A stretch of DNA of 64,000 bases from Vulcanimicrobiota bacterium (GTDB lineage: Bacteria > Vulcanimicrobiota > Vulcanimicrobiia > Vulcanimicrobiales > Vulcanimicrobiaceae). Every line of letters starts with the position of its first letter. Positions within the stretch are counted from its first letter, which is position 1. Positions 16,433 to 27,968 of this stretch are shown in pieces. The DNA is taken from NCBI GenBank assembly GCA_963777315.1, contig CAVZQC010000002.1, positions 192,001 through 256,000 of the forward strand, read 5' to 3'. Below the pieces are notes generated by a model, which saw nothing but the letters and a program-made list of their open reading frames with translations, ran no database searches and was not told the DNA's origin. Position numbers and translations under genes: made by a program.

Positions 16433-18405
16433 CGAAACTGCTTTCGCGGTGAGAGGTAGCGATCGAACCATGCAAGCCACTTGCCGTAAACGTCGGCCAA
16501 GCGCACGGGCCCGTTGGGCAGATGGCCGGTGGTCGGATAGGCGAAGAACCGCACGGGCACGCCGCTGTCGCGTAGGGCGTGAAACATCTCGTACGATTCG
16601 ACGATCGGCACGCGCACGTCGTAGACGTTGCCGAAGATCAGTGTGGGCGTCCGGATATTCTTGAAGTACGTTATCGGGGAGTGCTTGCGCCACAGCTGCA
16701 GATAATCGCCTTTGTACGGCGATCCGCCGGCGAACGAAACGGCATCGGCGTCGATGTCGTCGGCAATCGCGTAATCCACCACCAAATCGTTCACCGCTGC
16801 GCCGGCGACCGCAGCTTTCCAGATCTGATAGTGCGATTCCATCCACGACGTCAGCTGGCCGCCGTACGACCATCCCGAAACGCCGATGCGCGCCGTATCC
16901 ACGATGCCCAGGCGTTCAACGGCTTGGATTCCAGCCATGATGTCGCGGCCTGGTCCAATGCTGGCGTCGTTGAAGATCGCACGCTCGTACGCGTTGCCCA
17001 AATCGTTGCTGCCGCGATAGTTCGGCGCAAAAACCAAATAGCCGCGAGCCGCGGCCAGCTGGCGGAACGGATCGAATGCAACCGTGGACGATTCCGTGGG
17101 ACCGCCGTGGATGCGCAGCACCAGCGGGTATTTTCGCCCGGCAGCATATCCGGGCGGATACGTGAGCACGCCGTCTTCTGCCATGCCGCTCGCGCCGCGC
17201 CATGCGATTCGCACGCTGCGGCCCAATTGCAGCGCTGCGATATCCTGGTTGAACGACGTCAGCCGCTGCGGCGCTGCGGCGCGCGGCGAAAGCACGTACA
17301 GTTCGGCCGGACGGCTTGTTTGCTCGCCGACGAACGCGATCGTTCCGTCGCGTGCGATGCTACCGGCGGCTTGGATCGAAGCGGACACGACGCTCCCCAA
17401 AGGAAGGCGCCGCGCCGCGCCGTGCAGCGGCTGAACGTACAGCGGAGCCTGTGCGCGATCGTCGACTTGCAGCAGCAGCGACGCATCGCCGGGCATCCAC
17501 GAGAACGTATCCACGTGGCGGTCGAGCGCGAGCGACACGTCGCGCCCGTCGACCACCGCGTCCGGCTCGTTCATCGGATCGCCGCCGCGATTGTACCGGT
17601 ATGCGACGTGCAGTCCGGCGGGCGAATACAGGCCGTTGTCCTGATACCTGCGCACCGAGGTCGCATAAACGCTGCGCCCGGAAGAGACCTCCAACCGCAT
17701 GAGCGCCGACCGGTCCTGCAGCCCGTACACTGCGCTCGGCGCGCGTTCGTACAACAGCGATCGGCCGTTCGCGGACCACGAGAGCGGAGCGTCGGCCACG
17801 CTCCACGATCCGTGCGTCAGCCGGCGTTCCTTACCCGACATGCCGACGATCCACAAGTGCACGCTGTGCGGACTCTTGGTAACCAAATACGCGTTGTCCG
17901 TCACTTCGAATCCGTCGCGGAAGGCTGCGGCGCCCCTAGCCGGCGCGGCATAATCGCGCCGGGAGAACGCGATGCGATCTCCGCCGGGAGCCCAGGCGAT
18001 GTTGACGACGCTCGTCTTGCCGAACGTCAGTTGCCGCAGCGCGTCCGAGCCGGCATCGATGACGAACAGTTGATCGGCATCCTGCCCCGGCACGTCGAGC
18101 ACCGCCGCCAGGCGCGTGCCGTCGGGCGACCACGCCAGTGCATCGACGGAGCGATGGCCGTTGGCTACAGCGCGCAGCGCACCGGTTTTTCGATCGTACA
18201 GCTCGAGCGTATCGTTTCGGCGGTTCCGCTGGAAATCGACGCGCGTCGCGACGAAAGCGATCCTGGCTGCATCGGGCGAAATCGCCGGCAGCGACAAGTC
18301 GACGATGCGCTGCATCGCTGCGATGGAAAAGCGCTGCGGCGCTGCCGCCGCCGCTGCTGCAGGCAGCGGGACTGCGGCAAGCACGATCGCCGCCCAACGG
18401 TTCAT
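16429..18405 (-). CDS. S9 family peptidase (dipeptidyl-/acylaminoacyl-peptidase-like), secreted
   Basis: Signal peptide, WSPDG propeller repeats, YPLVLRIHGGP, PNYRGS, GWSYGG, DVRVP, GH; ATGA overlaps at both ends. Confidence 0.93.
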   Translation of the reverse strand: MNRWAAIVLAAVPLPAAAAAAAPQRFSIAAMQRIVDLSLPAISPDAARIAFVATRVDFQRNRRNDTLELYDRKTGALRAVANGHRSVDALAWSPDGTRLAAVLDVPGQDADQLFVIDAGSDALRQLTFGKTSVVNIAWAPGGDRIAFSRRDYAAPARGAAAFRDGFEVTDNAYLVTKSPHSVHLWIVGMSGKERRLTHGSWSVADAPLSWSANGRSLLYERAPSAVYGLQDRSALMRLEVSSGRSVYATSVRRYQDNGLYSPAGLHVAYRYNRGGDPMNEPDAVVDGRDVSLALDRHVDTFSWMPGDASLLLQVDDRAQAPLYVQPLHGAARRLPLGSVVSASIQAAGSIARDGTIAFVGEQTSRPAELYVLSPRAAAPQRLTSFNQDIAALQLGRSVRIAWRGASGMAEDGVLTYPPGYAAGRKYPLVLRIHGGPTESSTVAFDPFRQLAAARGYLVFAPNYRGSNDLGNAYERAIFNDASIGPGRDIMAGIQAVERLGIVDTARIGVSGWSYGGQLTSWMESHYQIWKAAVAGAAVNDLVVDYAIADDIDADAVSFAGGSPYKGDYLQLWRKHSPITYFKNIRTPTLIFGNVYDVRVPIVESYEMFHALRDSGVPVRFFAYPTTGHLPNGPVRLADVYGKWLAWFDRYLSPRKQFR

Positions 18406-19931
18406 CGGGCGGCTCGCATCTCGCGCACGTCCGCCAAGACGGCGTGTGCGGCGCGCTTGCCGGGAAATCCGCTCACGCAGCCTCCGGGGTGCGCTCCCGA
18501 TCCGCACAAGTAGAGATTGCGAACCGGCGTTCTGGTAGCAAAACGCGATTCATAGATTTGTCCCGGCAGCAGTTCGCCGTGAAAGATGTGGCCGCCCGGT
18601 AGAGCAAAGCGGGTTTCCAAGTCGACGGGACTGAGGATTTGACGCGCCTCGATAGTGCTCGGAACGTTTGGGGCATATTGCCCGAGCAAGTACACGATGC
18701 GATCGGCAACGGCTTCACGTTGCGCGCGGCTCCAGCCGTCCTTGCGATCGTACGGGTAGTACTGAGCAAACACCGACAGAATGTGCTTACCCGCAGGTGC
18801 CAGCGACGGATCGGTACACGTTTGCAGAAAACATTCCAGCATCGGCTGCTTGGAGATGCCGCCTTCCTTGGTGTCTTCAAACGCTTCCTGCAGATAGTCT
18901 ATCGACGGTGCGACGTGAATGGTCGCGCGATGATGCGCCTGGGGGTGCGTGCCCGGCCGGCATTTGAAGTTCGGCAGTTCCCCCAGCGCCAGATTGAGCT
19001 TGAACGAAACGCCGGTGCTGCGCCAGCTGCGAACTTTTTGAATGAAGCCCGGATCGAGCTGCGCTTGCGCAGCCAAGTCCAAAAACGTCGTCCGGGGATG
19101 CGCGTTCGAAACGACCATTCGTGCCGACACCTGCGCGCCGCTTTCGAGCACTACGCCGCGCGCAATGCCGTCGCGCACGACGATGCGCGTAACGGCCGCG
19201 CAATCGTGCAGCACGGCGCCGTTCGCGCGCGCCGACGAGGCCAGTGCCGTCGAAATCGCGCCCATTCCGCCGCGCACGAAGCCCCAGGCGCCCTGAACGC
19301 CCAGCGCGCGGCCCGCATAGTGATGCGCCAGCACGTATCCCGTTCCGGCATCGCGAGGGCCCGCATACGTACCGATGATGCCATCGGTCGCCAAAGCCGC
19401 TTGAAGAACCGGCGTGTTCACGTAAGGCTCGATCAGCTGCGCGGCGGAACCCGTCAGCCGCCGCTGCACCGTCTGGTCGAACCGGCCAAACGACGGCTCG
19501 GGATCGGAGAACGTCTCGAACAGACGGCTGCCGAGATCGCGCACGAGCGCGTCGACTTGCGCGAACCCGCGAACATCGTCACGATCGAAAACGGCAATCT
19601 CGCGCGCATTGTCTTCCTCGTTCGAGCCGAGCAGCAGCGAACGCCCGTCCCCCAGCACGTTGAAGGTCGCGGGATCTTTGCGATACGCGCTGTACCCGTG
19701 CCGCTGCAGTTCCAATTCGTGAATCAGCCACGGATCGAGCAGCGTGCAGACGTATGAGGCGGAGGACACCTGATAGCCGTCCCACATCGGTTCGGTTACC
19801 GCGGCCCCTCCAAGCCGCTCGGCGCGTTCGAAGACTTGGACGGACAGCCCCGATTTGGCCAGCAACGCCGCGCACGCCAGCCCGTTATGGCCGCCGCCGA
19901 CGACCGCTACGTCACAGCTCGGCGAAAGCAC
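18402..19931 (-). CDS. NAD(P)/FAD-dependent oxidoreductase, phytoene dehydrogenase-like (PYROXD2-like)
   Basis: DVAVVGGGHNGLACAALLAKSG..VFE, GGMGAIS, GGHIFHGEL, NLYLCGSGAHPGGCVSG; GTG start ~19931 inferred from AGGTG RBS. Confidence 0.88.
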   Translation of the reverse strand: MLSPSCDVAVVGGGHNGLACAALLAKSGLSVQVFERAERLGGAAVTEPMWDGYQVSSASYVCTLLDPWLIHELELQRHGYSAYRKDPATFNVLGDGRSLLLGSNEEDNAREIAVFDRDDVRGFAQVDALVRDLGSRLFETFSDPEPSFGRFDQTVQRRLTGSAAQLIEPYVNTPVLQAALATDGIIGTYAGPRDAGTGYVLAHHYAGRALGVQGAWGFVRGGMGAISTALASSARANGAVLHDCAAVTRIVVRDGIARGVVLESGAQVSARMVVSNAHPRTTFLDLAAQAQLDPGFIQKVRSWRSTGVSFKLNLALGELPNFKCRPGTHPQAHHRATIHVAPSIDYLQEAFEDTKEGGISKQPMLECFLQTCTDPSLAPAGKHILSVFAQYYPYDRKDGWSRAQREAVADRIVYLLGQYAPNVPSTIEARQILSPVDLETRFALPGGHIFHGELLPGQIYESRFATRTPVRNLYLCGSGAHPGGCVSGFPGKRAAHAVLADVREMRAAR

Positions 19932-19990
19932 GCCGCACCTGCGCGACCCGAAATTGCGCGTGCGCGGCGAGAGTGCCGCTCCCAACGCAT

Positions 19991-22900
19991 TTACAGTTTG
20001 ATTTGCAGTTGGAAGTACAATTGCAGCGGCAACGGATAGTTATAGGAATTCGTATCGCCGTACGCCGGAACGAACGGCTGCGCGAAATACGGATTGAGCG
20101 GAACGCCGTTTGCTGCCGTATCGCCCGGGCTAGACCCGTTGTAGTAGTTGCTGATGTAGAATTTGTTGTAGCCGTATCCGCAGATGGCGCTGTCCGGCGC
20201 ATATTGCGTGCTCCACGGCGTTTTCGATCCCCCAAAGCAGCGATTGAGCAGGTTGGCAATGGTCACATTGCCGGTGATCCGCGGACTGAACTGGTAACTG
20301 AGCTGCAGTCCGACGTTGAGCTGCCACGGCTGGCGGAACTGACCAAAAGTATCGAACGTGCCCGTATTCGGATTAGGAATATACAAATGCCCGGGGTTCG
20401 TGCCGCTCGCGCCGATTGCCGCAGCCTTGCACGACGTATAGTCCGCCGTTAACGGATTGGGAGCGTCTGGGATACCCTCGCTGCTCTGGTTAGAGCGGCA
20501 CGTGCGGGGATCCAAACCCTGAAAATCCGCCGGGGTTCCATAGGTCGCTCCCTGATTCAGGGTGACGGCCGGGGTGATTGCAAAACGATCGTGCTTATAG
20601 TTCAAGATCAGCGCAAACGTGTTGGGCGAGACGTACGGATAGTCCAAACCGGTATCGTACCAGCCGTATTTGTCCAAAAGCGGCTGCGGAGACATGCTGT
20701 AGTACGGATTCAGGATGGACGTCGCGCCGCAGGTGGGATCCGGCGTGCCGCTGCGATCGTTGACGTAGCAGTGAGCGCCGCCGCCCGCCTTGGTCAGCGC
20801 GTTGAAGTTTTGGATGTCTTCGTTGTAGGGATCGACCGGATTGATCGGCACCCCCGCGTAGTTGTTCCATTTTTCCTTTGAGTTCGTGTACGTGTACGAA
20901 AGCACTCCCGCCAAACCGTTTTTGTTGAAGTCGCCTTTGGTCAATTCCAGTTCGACGCCGCTCGTGCGCTCGGTTCCCGAATTGAACGACGGAGAAACGC
21001 CGAACAACGTGGGGATGTTCACCGTCTCGTACAGTTGATCGGTCGCATAACGGAAATACGGGGTCAGTTTAACCGCCATATCGGTGCCGCGGAAGTGGTG
21101 CTCGTACGACAGATCGAAGTTGTTGGAAAACTGCGCCTGAGCTTCGTGCAGAGGCGTAGTGAACCCAAAGGGAAGAAAGCCGATGAGCTCGGCGGCGAGA
21201 TTCGGCTCGAGACTATTGTACTCTATTTCGTAATTTTGCGGCTCCTGCGCAAACCGGCCGGCCGAGAAGCGCAGCACGGTGTCCGGATCAACCGAATACG
21301 TCAAACCAAAGCGGGGCGAGAAATACGTTTGAACGTACGTCGGGTTGAACTGGTCGGTGAGCAGCAAGTGACCGCCTTGGCCGTCGGGATGCACCGACTG
21401 GACGCCGTCGACGACCGGACAGGTGAATGAAACGTACGGGTTGACGTTCTTTAACGATTGCGGAGGTTCGGGCACGATAATGGGCTGCAGCGTGCTGGGA
21501 TTGTAACAAAATTCTTTCTGAGCGGCTGCATACCAAAAATTCTTCGCGGGCGAAGCGACCGGCGTTACATCGAACTCGTCGCGATCGAACCGCACGCTGG
21601 CATTCAGATCGAGTTTATCGGTGGGCCTCCATTCGTCCGTCAGTGAAACGTTGGCGAATTTCGGCGTTACCGAATTGATCGAGGCCTGGTTTCCCGTATA
21701 CGTGAGCCGCCACGCCGCGCCGGCCGAACAGGCGCCGGTAGGAATTGGATCCCCGCCGCCCGCGCCGCATGAAACCTCCTGCGGATTGCCGGCATTGGAG
21801 ACGCTGGTCGGGTCCTCGAAAACGCCCTGAGTAATCGGATCGTTGCACGGTGCCGCCTGCCCCGCGACGACGTTGTCCACGCCGTTGGCCAGCGTGCCGT
21901 CGTACGCGGCAAAGCACTGCGAGCCATTGGTAAGGCTGCTCACTTGCCAATCTGCGGTGTTGTAGTTGTTGAAATTGTAATAGCGCAGCGTCGACGAGGT
22001 GACGTAGTTGAGCGTAAAGGCCAGTTGGTTGTTGCCGCTGATCTGATCGGCGAATTGCAGCTCGGCTCCGCGCGTGTGTGCGTCAACCTCGTAGTCGTAG
22101 TTCGTGACGCCGATGTTGGCGCTGCCGTATTGGCCGGTGACCCCTTCCTGATTCGCGCCGCTTCGATTGGTGTTCGAGTAGAACGTATATCCGAATAGCC
22201 GCAGGTACGCGCTGCTGCCCAGGTTTTTTTGGTACTGCAACTTCACGATGCTGGCCTGATCCCAGCGCGCATCGCGGTAGTCGTTGGGAAGAGCCGCATA
22301 ATCTCCGGCCGGGCATGCATTGGGAATGGGCAGCGGATTGCTTCCCGCACCGGTGAGATTTACGCACCGATTTTGCGGCGATCCGGGAAACATATAACCG
22401 ATTGCGGGCGTGTTTGCCGGAGCCAAGAACGCAGTGTTGGCCGGATACGTGTAGAAATCGGGCCACTGCGGGGGATAGAGGTACGCTCCGCCGGGCAGGT
22501 TTGGATTCATCAAGCCTTGGATGAACGGGCCGGCATCGTTCACTCCGCTGTAGTATTGCCGGTACTGTGCCGAATTGCTGAAAAGCAGACTGCAGGTCGT
22601 CGCGGCCGGCATCGCCTTTGTGCGGTATTGCAAAATGCAGGTTGGCCACGGCTTCGCGCCCGTTGATCATCGAAATATTGCCGTATGCCGGGTTCAGAGC
22701 GGTGAAGCAGCCGGGGTCGCTCCAGATGGTGGCGACAGCCGGGTTCGTATAGAGATTCGGATTGGATGCATCGCACGTCGGATACACTGCCGGCCAAAAC
22801 GACAAGTTCGTCGTAATGTTGTCCACGTACGTCACCGGAAACTCGTCGGTGAGATTTGCGCCGTTAAACTGGTTCAAATACCGGAAATCTTGGTTGAACC

Positions 22901-23780
22901 CGCTCAAGCCGGCGTAATACGAGAACGTGCGTGCGGGGTTGGCGCCCCCGGCTTCAACCGACAGATCGTGATAGAACGTCGGCGAGCCCATGCGCCCTGA
23001 AACGGTGCTAAAGCCTGGGTAAGTGCCGCTCTTTACGACTTGATTGATGAAGCCCGCCAAGCCCGTCGCATTTGCGCTGGCGGGGCCGCCGCCCGTGTAA
23101 ATCTGGAGCTCTTGCTGGCCCAGCGTCGACGCCGAGTGCGCGGGATAGTTGTCGAACGCGCGGTTTACCGGAACGCCGTCGTATTCGTAGCCGATCTGAT
23201 CGTAGTAGCCGCCGCGAATGTAGACGGTTTGATTGACGCCCATCTGACCGGATGGAACGAACGCGCCCGGCATGGAGGCAATCGCCGAATACGCGTTGTT
23301 CAGTCCGCCGCCGCCTCCCAACGGCGCTGCGGCTTGCGTGAGCGCGGGGTTGATCGAATACACATCCGTGGTCACGCCGGCCTTTACCGGTGAGAGCGAC
23401 GAGCGGCTGGTGACGTTGGCAATCGTTTTCAGACTGGTGCGCATCGTTACCGGCAGCGACTGCTGCTGATCGGCGAATATCGCGATGCCGGCAATCGACA
23501 CCGGTTCGTATCCCGGTTTTCGCGCCGTCACGGTATACGTGTCCGGCATCAGCGAAACGAACACGTACTTGCCGGCCGCATTCGTGACGGCCGACGAACT
23601 TTGCGACGGGCTGGTAACCGTAACGGTGACGTTGGCGAGCGGTGCATTGTTGGCGTCGCCGACCGTACCGCTCAAACCGCCGGTAGTGCCGGCAAGCGCC
23701 GGAATCGCTCCACCGGCGAGCAGAACGCATGAAATGAGCGCCGCAACCAGTACGCGGCAACTGCGCAAACGATAAACCAT
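19991..23780 (-). CDS. TonB-dependent receptor with carboxypeptidase regulatory-like domain; single +1 frameshift at ~22589
   Basis: N-part 23780-> (signal peptide, plug IRGG..YEYDGVPVN..GFINQVVKSGTYPG..GRDDLQ) continues in the other frame as LLFSNSAQYRQYY..SPRFGLTYSVD..QLYFQLQIKL; GGAGGA RBS. Confidence 0.88.
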
Positions 23781-23852
23781 GCCGTCCTCCGAGAATGCAG
23801 GGTGATCTTCAGTATAGGAAGCCCGGCTGCGCGCGGCTATCCCGGGATTCCG

Positions 23853-26579
23853 CTATGGCAGCTCGTTCTGACCCAAGATGTGCGCCAGCTGTGCGCGCGA
23901 CTTCAAGCCCAGGCGCGCAAAGGTGCCGGACAAGTGATGCTCCACGGTGTGTTCGCTGATGTGCAGCCGTTGTGCGATCGCACGGTTGGTCTCTCCCTGC
24001 GCGACCAATTCGGCAATTTCCATTTGACGCGCCGTGAGCCTGACGGAGTTCTCCTTGCGTGGTTCGCGCTTGTCCAGCCGCTCGACGTCGCGCACGGCAC
24101 CCATGCGGCGATAGCACTCGAGCGCCTCAGGCAAACAGCCGGCAGCTTCGAGCGCCAAAGCTTCGTACAGAGCGTTTCCCATGCGCGCAAAATGGCGCGC
24201 CGCAGCCAGCGCAAACCGATTCGCGCGCGCGGGATCGGCCTTTATGGAAAGCGCGCCAAACAGCAGACGATAGGCGCGCCGCAGCATGGGCCGGCCCGCC
24301 GCAGTTTCGAGCAGTGCACCCGCCAGCTCGACGTCTTGCGGATCGCCCCATTGCGCGACGGCGACGAACAACTCCCAAGCGCGATGCGCGTACGGAATCG
24401 CTCGAACGCCGTGCGCGAGCAAGGCTCGCGCTTCCGCACGGGCCCCCTGCGCGACGCGCAAGCCCGCAAACGCAGCCGTAACGGAAGCGATGCGCTGAAT
24501 TTCTGCCGACTGCTGCGCCAACTCCAGGGTTGCGTCGTCGGTGCAGGCGTCGAGAAGGGCGCGGTCGTTGAGCAGCAGCGCCAACGGTATTCCCACGCTG
24601 GCGGCTTTGGTTTTGAAGGTCGCGGTGGTTACGCCGGAGTCGAGTGCTTCCCACGTCAGCGCCCGCGCGCGTTCCAGCTGCCCTTTGAACGTGAGCGTGC
24701 GCGCATAATTGAGCGACGAATAGGCGATGCGCCACATCAAGCCGGTACGATGCGCTTCGTCGACTGCGATCTGGTGCCGCGCCATCGCCAAGTCCAAATC
24801 GCCTAAATCAAAGGCCGCCAGCGCGAAGTTGTTTTCGATCTGGGCGATCAGCTCGCTCACCCCGCTTTGCGCGGCAAGCCGCGCCGCGTCGCGAAAGTCG
24901 GCCAATGCGGGCTGCGTGCGGCCGAGCACGGCGTTGGTTTCCCCGCGAACTTCGTGCCACGCGGCTCGAGAGCCGGCGTCGAAGTGCGCGCGCAGGGCGT
25001 CCACCGCTTTGAGATGCGCGAGGCTTCGATCGACCTGGCCCAGAGTGATCGAAAAGCGCGCCACCGTGAGCAGCGCCTGCGCGTACATCTGCATGTGGCC
25101 CAGCCGCTTGAGCGCGACCGCCGCTTCGGAAGCTGCCCGCACGCTTTCCTGCGTACGCGCGTCTACCCAGCTTTGATCCGCCTGCAGCAGCAACGCGTGC
25201 GCGGCGCCGACGGCGTTGCCGCACGCATCGTACTCGCTGCGCGAACGCGCGAACCAGTGCGCGGGTTCTTCGCCGCAGCCGTCGATATTGAGCAGTACGC
25301 CCAACCGCTCGTAGACGGCGGCGCGCTGCGTACCCGGCGGATATCCCCATCGCAGCGCGTCGGTATAGAACCGGATCGCGTCGCGGTATGCGTATACTTC
25401 CCACGCCGACTGCGCTGCCGCCTCGTTCCAGAGACGCGCTTTGTCCGCAACGCGCGCTGCCGACCAGTGATACGCCAGTTCGGCCGCGCGCCCGCGCGCG
25501 TCCGGCAGCGCTTCGATTTCCTGCGCGATCCGCACGTGCAGCGGCGCAGCCAGCGCAAAGACCAACTGGTCCGCGAGCGCTTGGCGGATGAGTCCGTGGC
25601 GAAAACGAAAGCGGCTTTCGGATTGCGGGAGCTCCTGGAGGAGACCCGATGCGACAGCGCGTTCCAGAACGCCCAGCACGTCGGCGGCCGCGTGACCGGA
25701 TATTGCGCTGAGCAACGATGCGGAGAAGGTTTCTCCCACAACCGCAGCCCGGAACAGCATGCCGCGCTCGCGCGTCGAAAACGGCTGCAGACGTTCGCTC
25801 AAGATCGCCTGCAGCGTCACGGGCATCTGCGCTTGGAACGCCAGTGCGCCGTTCTCGAGCGCAACGCGAGCGAGCTCTTCGGCGAACAACGGATTGCCCT
25901 CGGCAAGTGTTTCGATTTGGGCGACCATTGCCGGGTCTAAATGCAGCCCGCGTTTCTGCAGCGAAGCTTGCACCAAGCGCTTGATCTCGTGCCTGCGCAG
26001 CGCGCGTAACTGGATCGTCGCAGCCCGGCTGCGCGACGCCGCGCTGCGCAGCGCGGCCGCCGCCGGATTGGGCGAGAGCGCTTCCGCTCGCAGCGTGACG
26101 ACAATAAGACAGCGCGTACCGTGAATGCGCCCGAGCAAAAACCGCAGCAGCTCGATGCTCGCGCTGTCGGCCCACTGACCGTCTTCTATCGCGAGCGCAA
26201 CGGGACGTCGAGCGGACTCGGCGCGCACGACTTCCGCAACTGCGTTGAAGTAGGCCCATTTTTCGTCGCTGTGCGTTCCCTGCTCGCGCGGTTTGAGTGC
26301 CGCCAGCCGCGCGCGCGGATCCAGCCGTTCGACGATTTCGGTAAACGGCAAATAGGGCGCCCGCACATGCTCGACGCAATAGCCGGCGGCGATCGTCGCA
26401 CCGTGTTCGATCCGTGCGAAAAATTCGTGCAGCAAGCGAGACTTGCCGATTCCCGCATCACCTTCGACGGTCAGAAAACGCACGCGCGAATCGCAAGCGG
26501 CTCGGAACTCTTCGCATAAGTACTCGAGTTCGTCGCGCCGCCCGACGAACTCGTCGCTGTAGAGCGGTTTGGAAATCAT
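23853..26579 (-). CDS. LuxR-family STAND regulator (AAA ATPase + TPR-like + C-terminal LuxR HTH)
   Basis: FVGRRDEL, Walker A GDAGIGKS, IEDGQWAD, EGNPLFAEEL, FRFRHGLIR, LTARQMEIAELVAQGETNRAIAQRLHISEHTVEHH. Confidence 0.93.
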   Translation of the reverse strand: MISKPLYSDEFVGRRDELEYLCEEFRAACDSRVRFLTVEGDAGIGKSRLLHEFFARIEHGATIAAGYCVEHVRAPYLPFTEIVERLDPRARLAALKPREQGTHSDEKWAYFNAVAEVVRAESARRPVALAIEDGQWADSASIELLRFLLGRIHGTRCLIVVTLRAEALSPNPAAAALRSAASRSRAATIQLRALRRHEIKRLVQASLQKRGLHLDPAMVAQIETLAEGNPLFAEELARVALENGALAFQAQMPVTLQAILSERLQPFSTRERGMLFRAAVVGETFSASLLSAISGHAAADVLGVLERAVASGLLQELPQSESRFRFRHGLIRQALADQLVFALAAPLHVRIAQEIEALPDARGRAAELAYHWSAARVADKARLWNEAAAQSAWEVYAYRDAIRFYTDALRWGYPPGTQRAAVYERLGVLLNIDGCGEEPAHWFARSRSEYDACGNAVGAAHALLLQADQSWVDARTQESVRAASEAAVALKRLGHMQMYAQALLTVARFSITLGQVDRSLAHLKAVDALRAHFDAGSRAAWHEVRGETNAVLGRTQPALADFRDAARLAAQSGVSELIAQIENNFALAAFDLGDLDLAMARHQIAVDEAHRTGLMWRIAYSSLNYARTLTFKGQLERARALTWEALDSGVTTATFKTKAASVGIPLALLLNDRALLDACTDDATLELAQQSAEIQRIASVTAAFAGLRVAQGARAEARALLAHGVRAIPYAHRAWELFVAVAQWGDPQDVELAGALLETAAGRPMLRRAYRLLFGALSIKADPARANRFALAAARHFARMGNALYEALALEAAGCLPEALECYRRMGAVRDVERLDKREPRKENSVRLTARQMEIAELVAQGETNRAIAQRLHISEHTVEHHLSGTFARLGLKSRAQLAHILGQNELP

Positions 26580-26612
26580 AGGCGATTGGACTTGTGCTTC
26601 GAATGAGGCCGC

Positions 26613-27968
26613 ATGAACCCTTCGGGTCCGGTTCGTCTGGCGCGCCGGTTAGGCGTCTACGATGCGGCGCTCATCGTCATGGGCGGCATCATCGGTTCGG
26701 GAATATTTCGCAATCCTTCGGTCGTTGCGGCGCGCGTGCATACGCCCGCGCTGATTCTGATCGTATGGGGCTGCGGCGGCGTCGTTGCGCTGCTGGGAGC
26801 ATTGATCTTCGCCGAGCTTGCCGCCAGACACCCCAGCGACGGCGGTCTGTATGCGTACATGCGCGATGCGTTTCATCCGGTCGTAGCGTTCATGTACGGG
26901 TGGACGCTGCTGCTGGTTTCGCAAAGCGGAGGCGCTGCCGCGTCTGCAATAACGTTCGCCGGCTACCTGCAGCGGGTGCTTCCCGGGCGCCACCCCGGCG
27001 AGCAAATCGTCGCCGTGGGCACGCTGGCGTTTTTGACGGTCGTGAATTGTTTGGGCGTGCGAGCAGGCAGCAACGTGCAAAACGGTTTGATGCTGCTCAA
27101 GATCGGCGCGATCGGGGCGCTGATCGTCGTCGGGCTGGTCGCGCAGCCCGCCGCCGGAGCAAATGCGCCGGTCCCGGGTTTCGGCAATACGCCCGATATG
27201 CTGACCGCTATGGGCGTCGCCATGATCCCCGTGCTGTTTGCCTACAGCGGATGGCAAACGTCCAGCTTCATGACCGCCGAGATGAAACATCCGCAAAGGA
27301 CGCTGCCGCTGGGCATGCTCTGGGGCGTTGCGGCAGTCGTTGCGCTGTACATGCTGGTGAATTTCGTGTGCGTGCATACGCTGGGCTCGGGACGGCTGAT
27401 GGCCACCGATACGCCTGCGTCGGACGTTCTGCAGCTCGTGTTCGGACCTCGCGGCGCGCAAGCGATTGCCGCGGCGGTGATGCTGTCCACGTTCGGCTTC
27501 ATGAGCAATCAGATCCTCACCTCGCCGCGCGTCTATCACGCGATGGCGCGCGACGGCGTGTTTTTCAAACCGGTGGGATGGGTTCATCCGCGCACGCGCG
27601 TGCCGGTCGTGGCGATTGCGCTGCAAGGTTTGTTTGCCGCGATCATCGCGCTGTCGGGACGCTACGATCAGATTCTGAATTACGTCACGTCGGTCGATTA
27701 CGTCTTTTTCGCGCTGGCGGCGATTGCGCTATTCATCTTCCGCGCCAGGGAATCGGGGCGCGCCGGGGCGCACGCCGGTTTCCGCGTCCCCGGCCATCCG
27801 GTATCTACCGGCATTTTTCTGATCGTATCCGCAGCGGTCGTCTTGGACACGTACGTGAAATATCCGGGCAACAGTCTCGTCGGCCTGGCAATTCTGCTGC
27901 TGGGAATACCGGTCTACTGTATTTTCATCTACGTTTCGCGGCGCGCCAAGATCCCGACGGGCTCCTAA
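26613..27968 (+). CDS. APC-family amino acid permease
   Basis: GGIIGSGIF, FAELAA..GGLYAY, LFAYSGW, AEMKHPQRTLP, AMARDG; ~12 hydrophobic segments. Confidence 0.95.
   Translation: MNPSGPVRLARRLGVYDAALIVMGGIIGSGIFRNPSVVAARVHTPALILIVWGCGGVVALLGALIFAELAARHPSDGGLYAYMRDAFHPVVAFMYGWTLLLVSQSGGAAASAITFAGYLQRVLPGRHPGEQIVAVGTLAFLTVVNCLGVRAGSNVQNGLMLLKIGAIGALIVVGLVAQPAAGANAPVPGFGNTPDMLTAMGVAMIPVLFAYSGWQTSSFMTAEMKHPQRTLPLGMLWGVAAVVALYMLVNFVCVHTLGSGRLMATDTPASDVLQLVFGPRGAQAIAAAVMLSTFGFMSNQILTSPRVYHAMARDGVFFKPVGWVHPRTRVPVVAIALQGLFAAIIALSGRYDQILNYVTSVDYVFFALAAIALFIFRARESGRAGAHAGFRVPGHPVSTGIFLIVSAAVVLDTYVKYPGNSLVGLAILLLGIPVYCIFIYVSRRAKIPTGS

Noticed and set aside
18402..19931. Carotenoid biosynthesis (crtI/crtO) call
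   Set aside because: No other crt genes nearby; the context is peptidases and transport.
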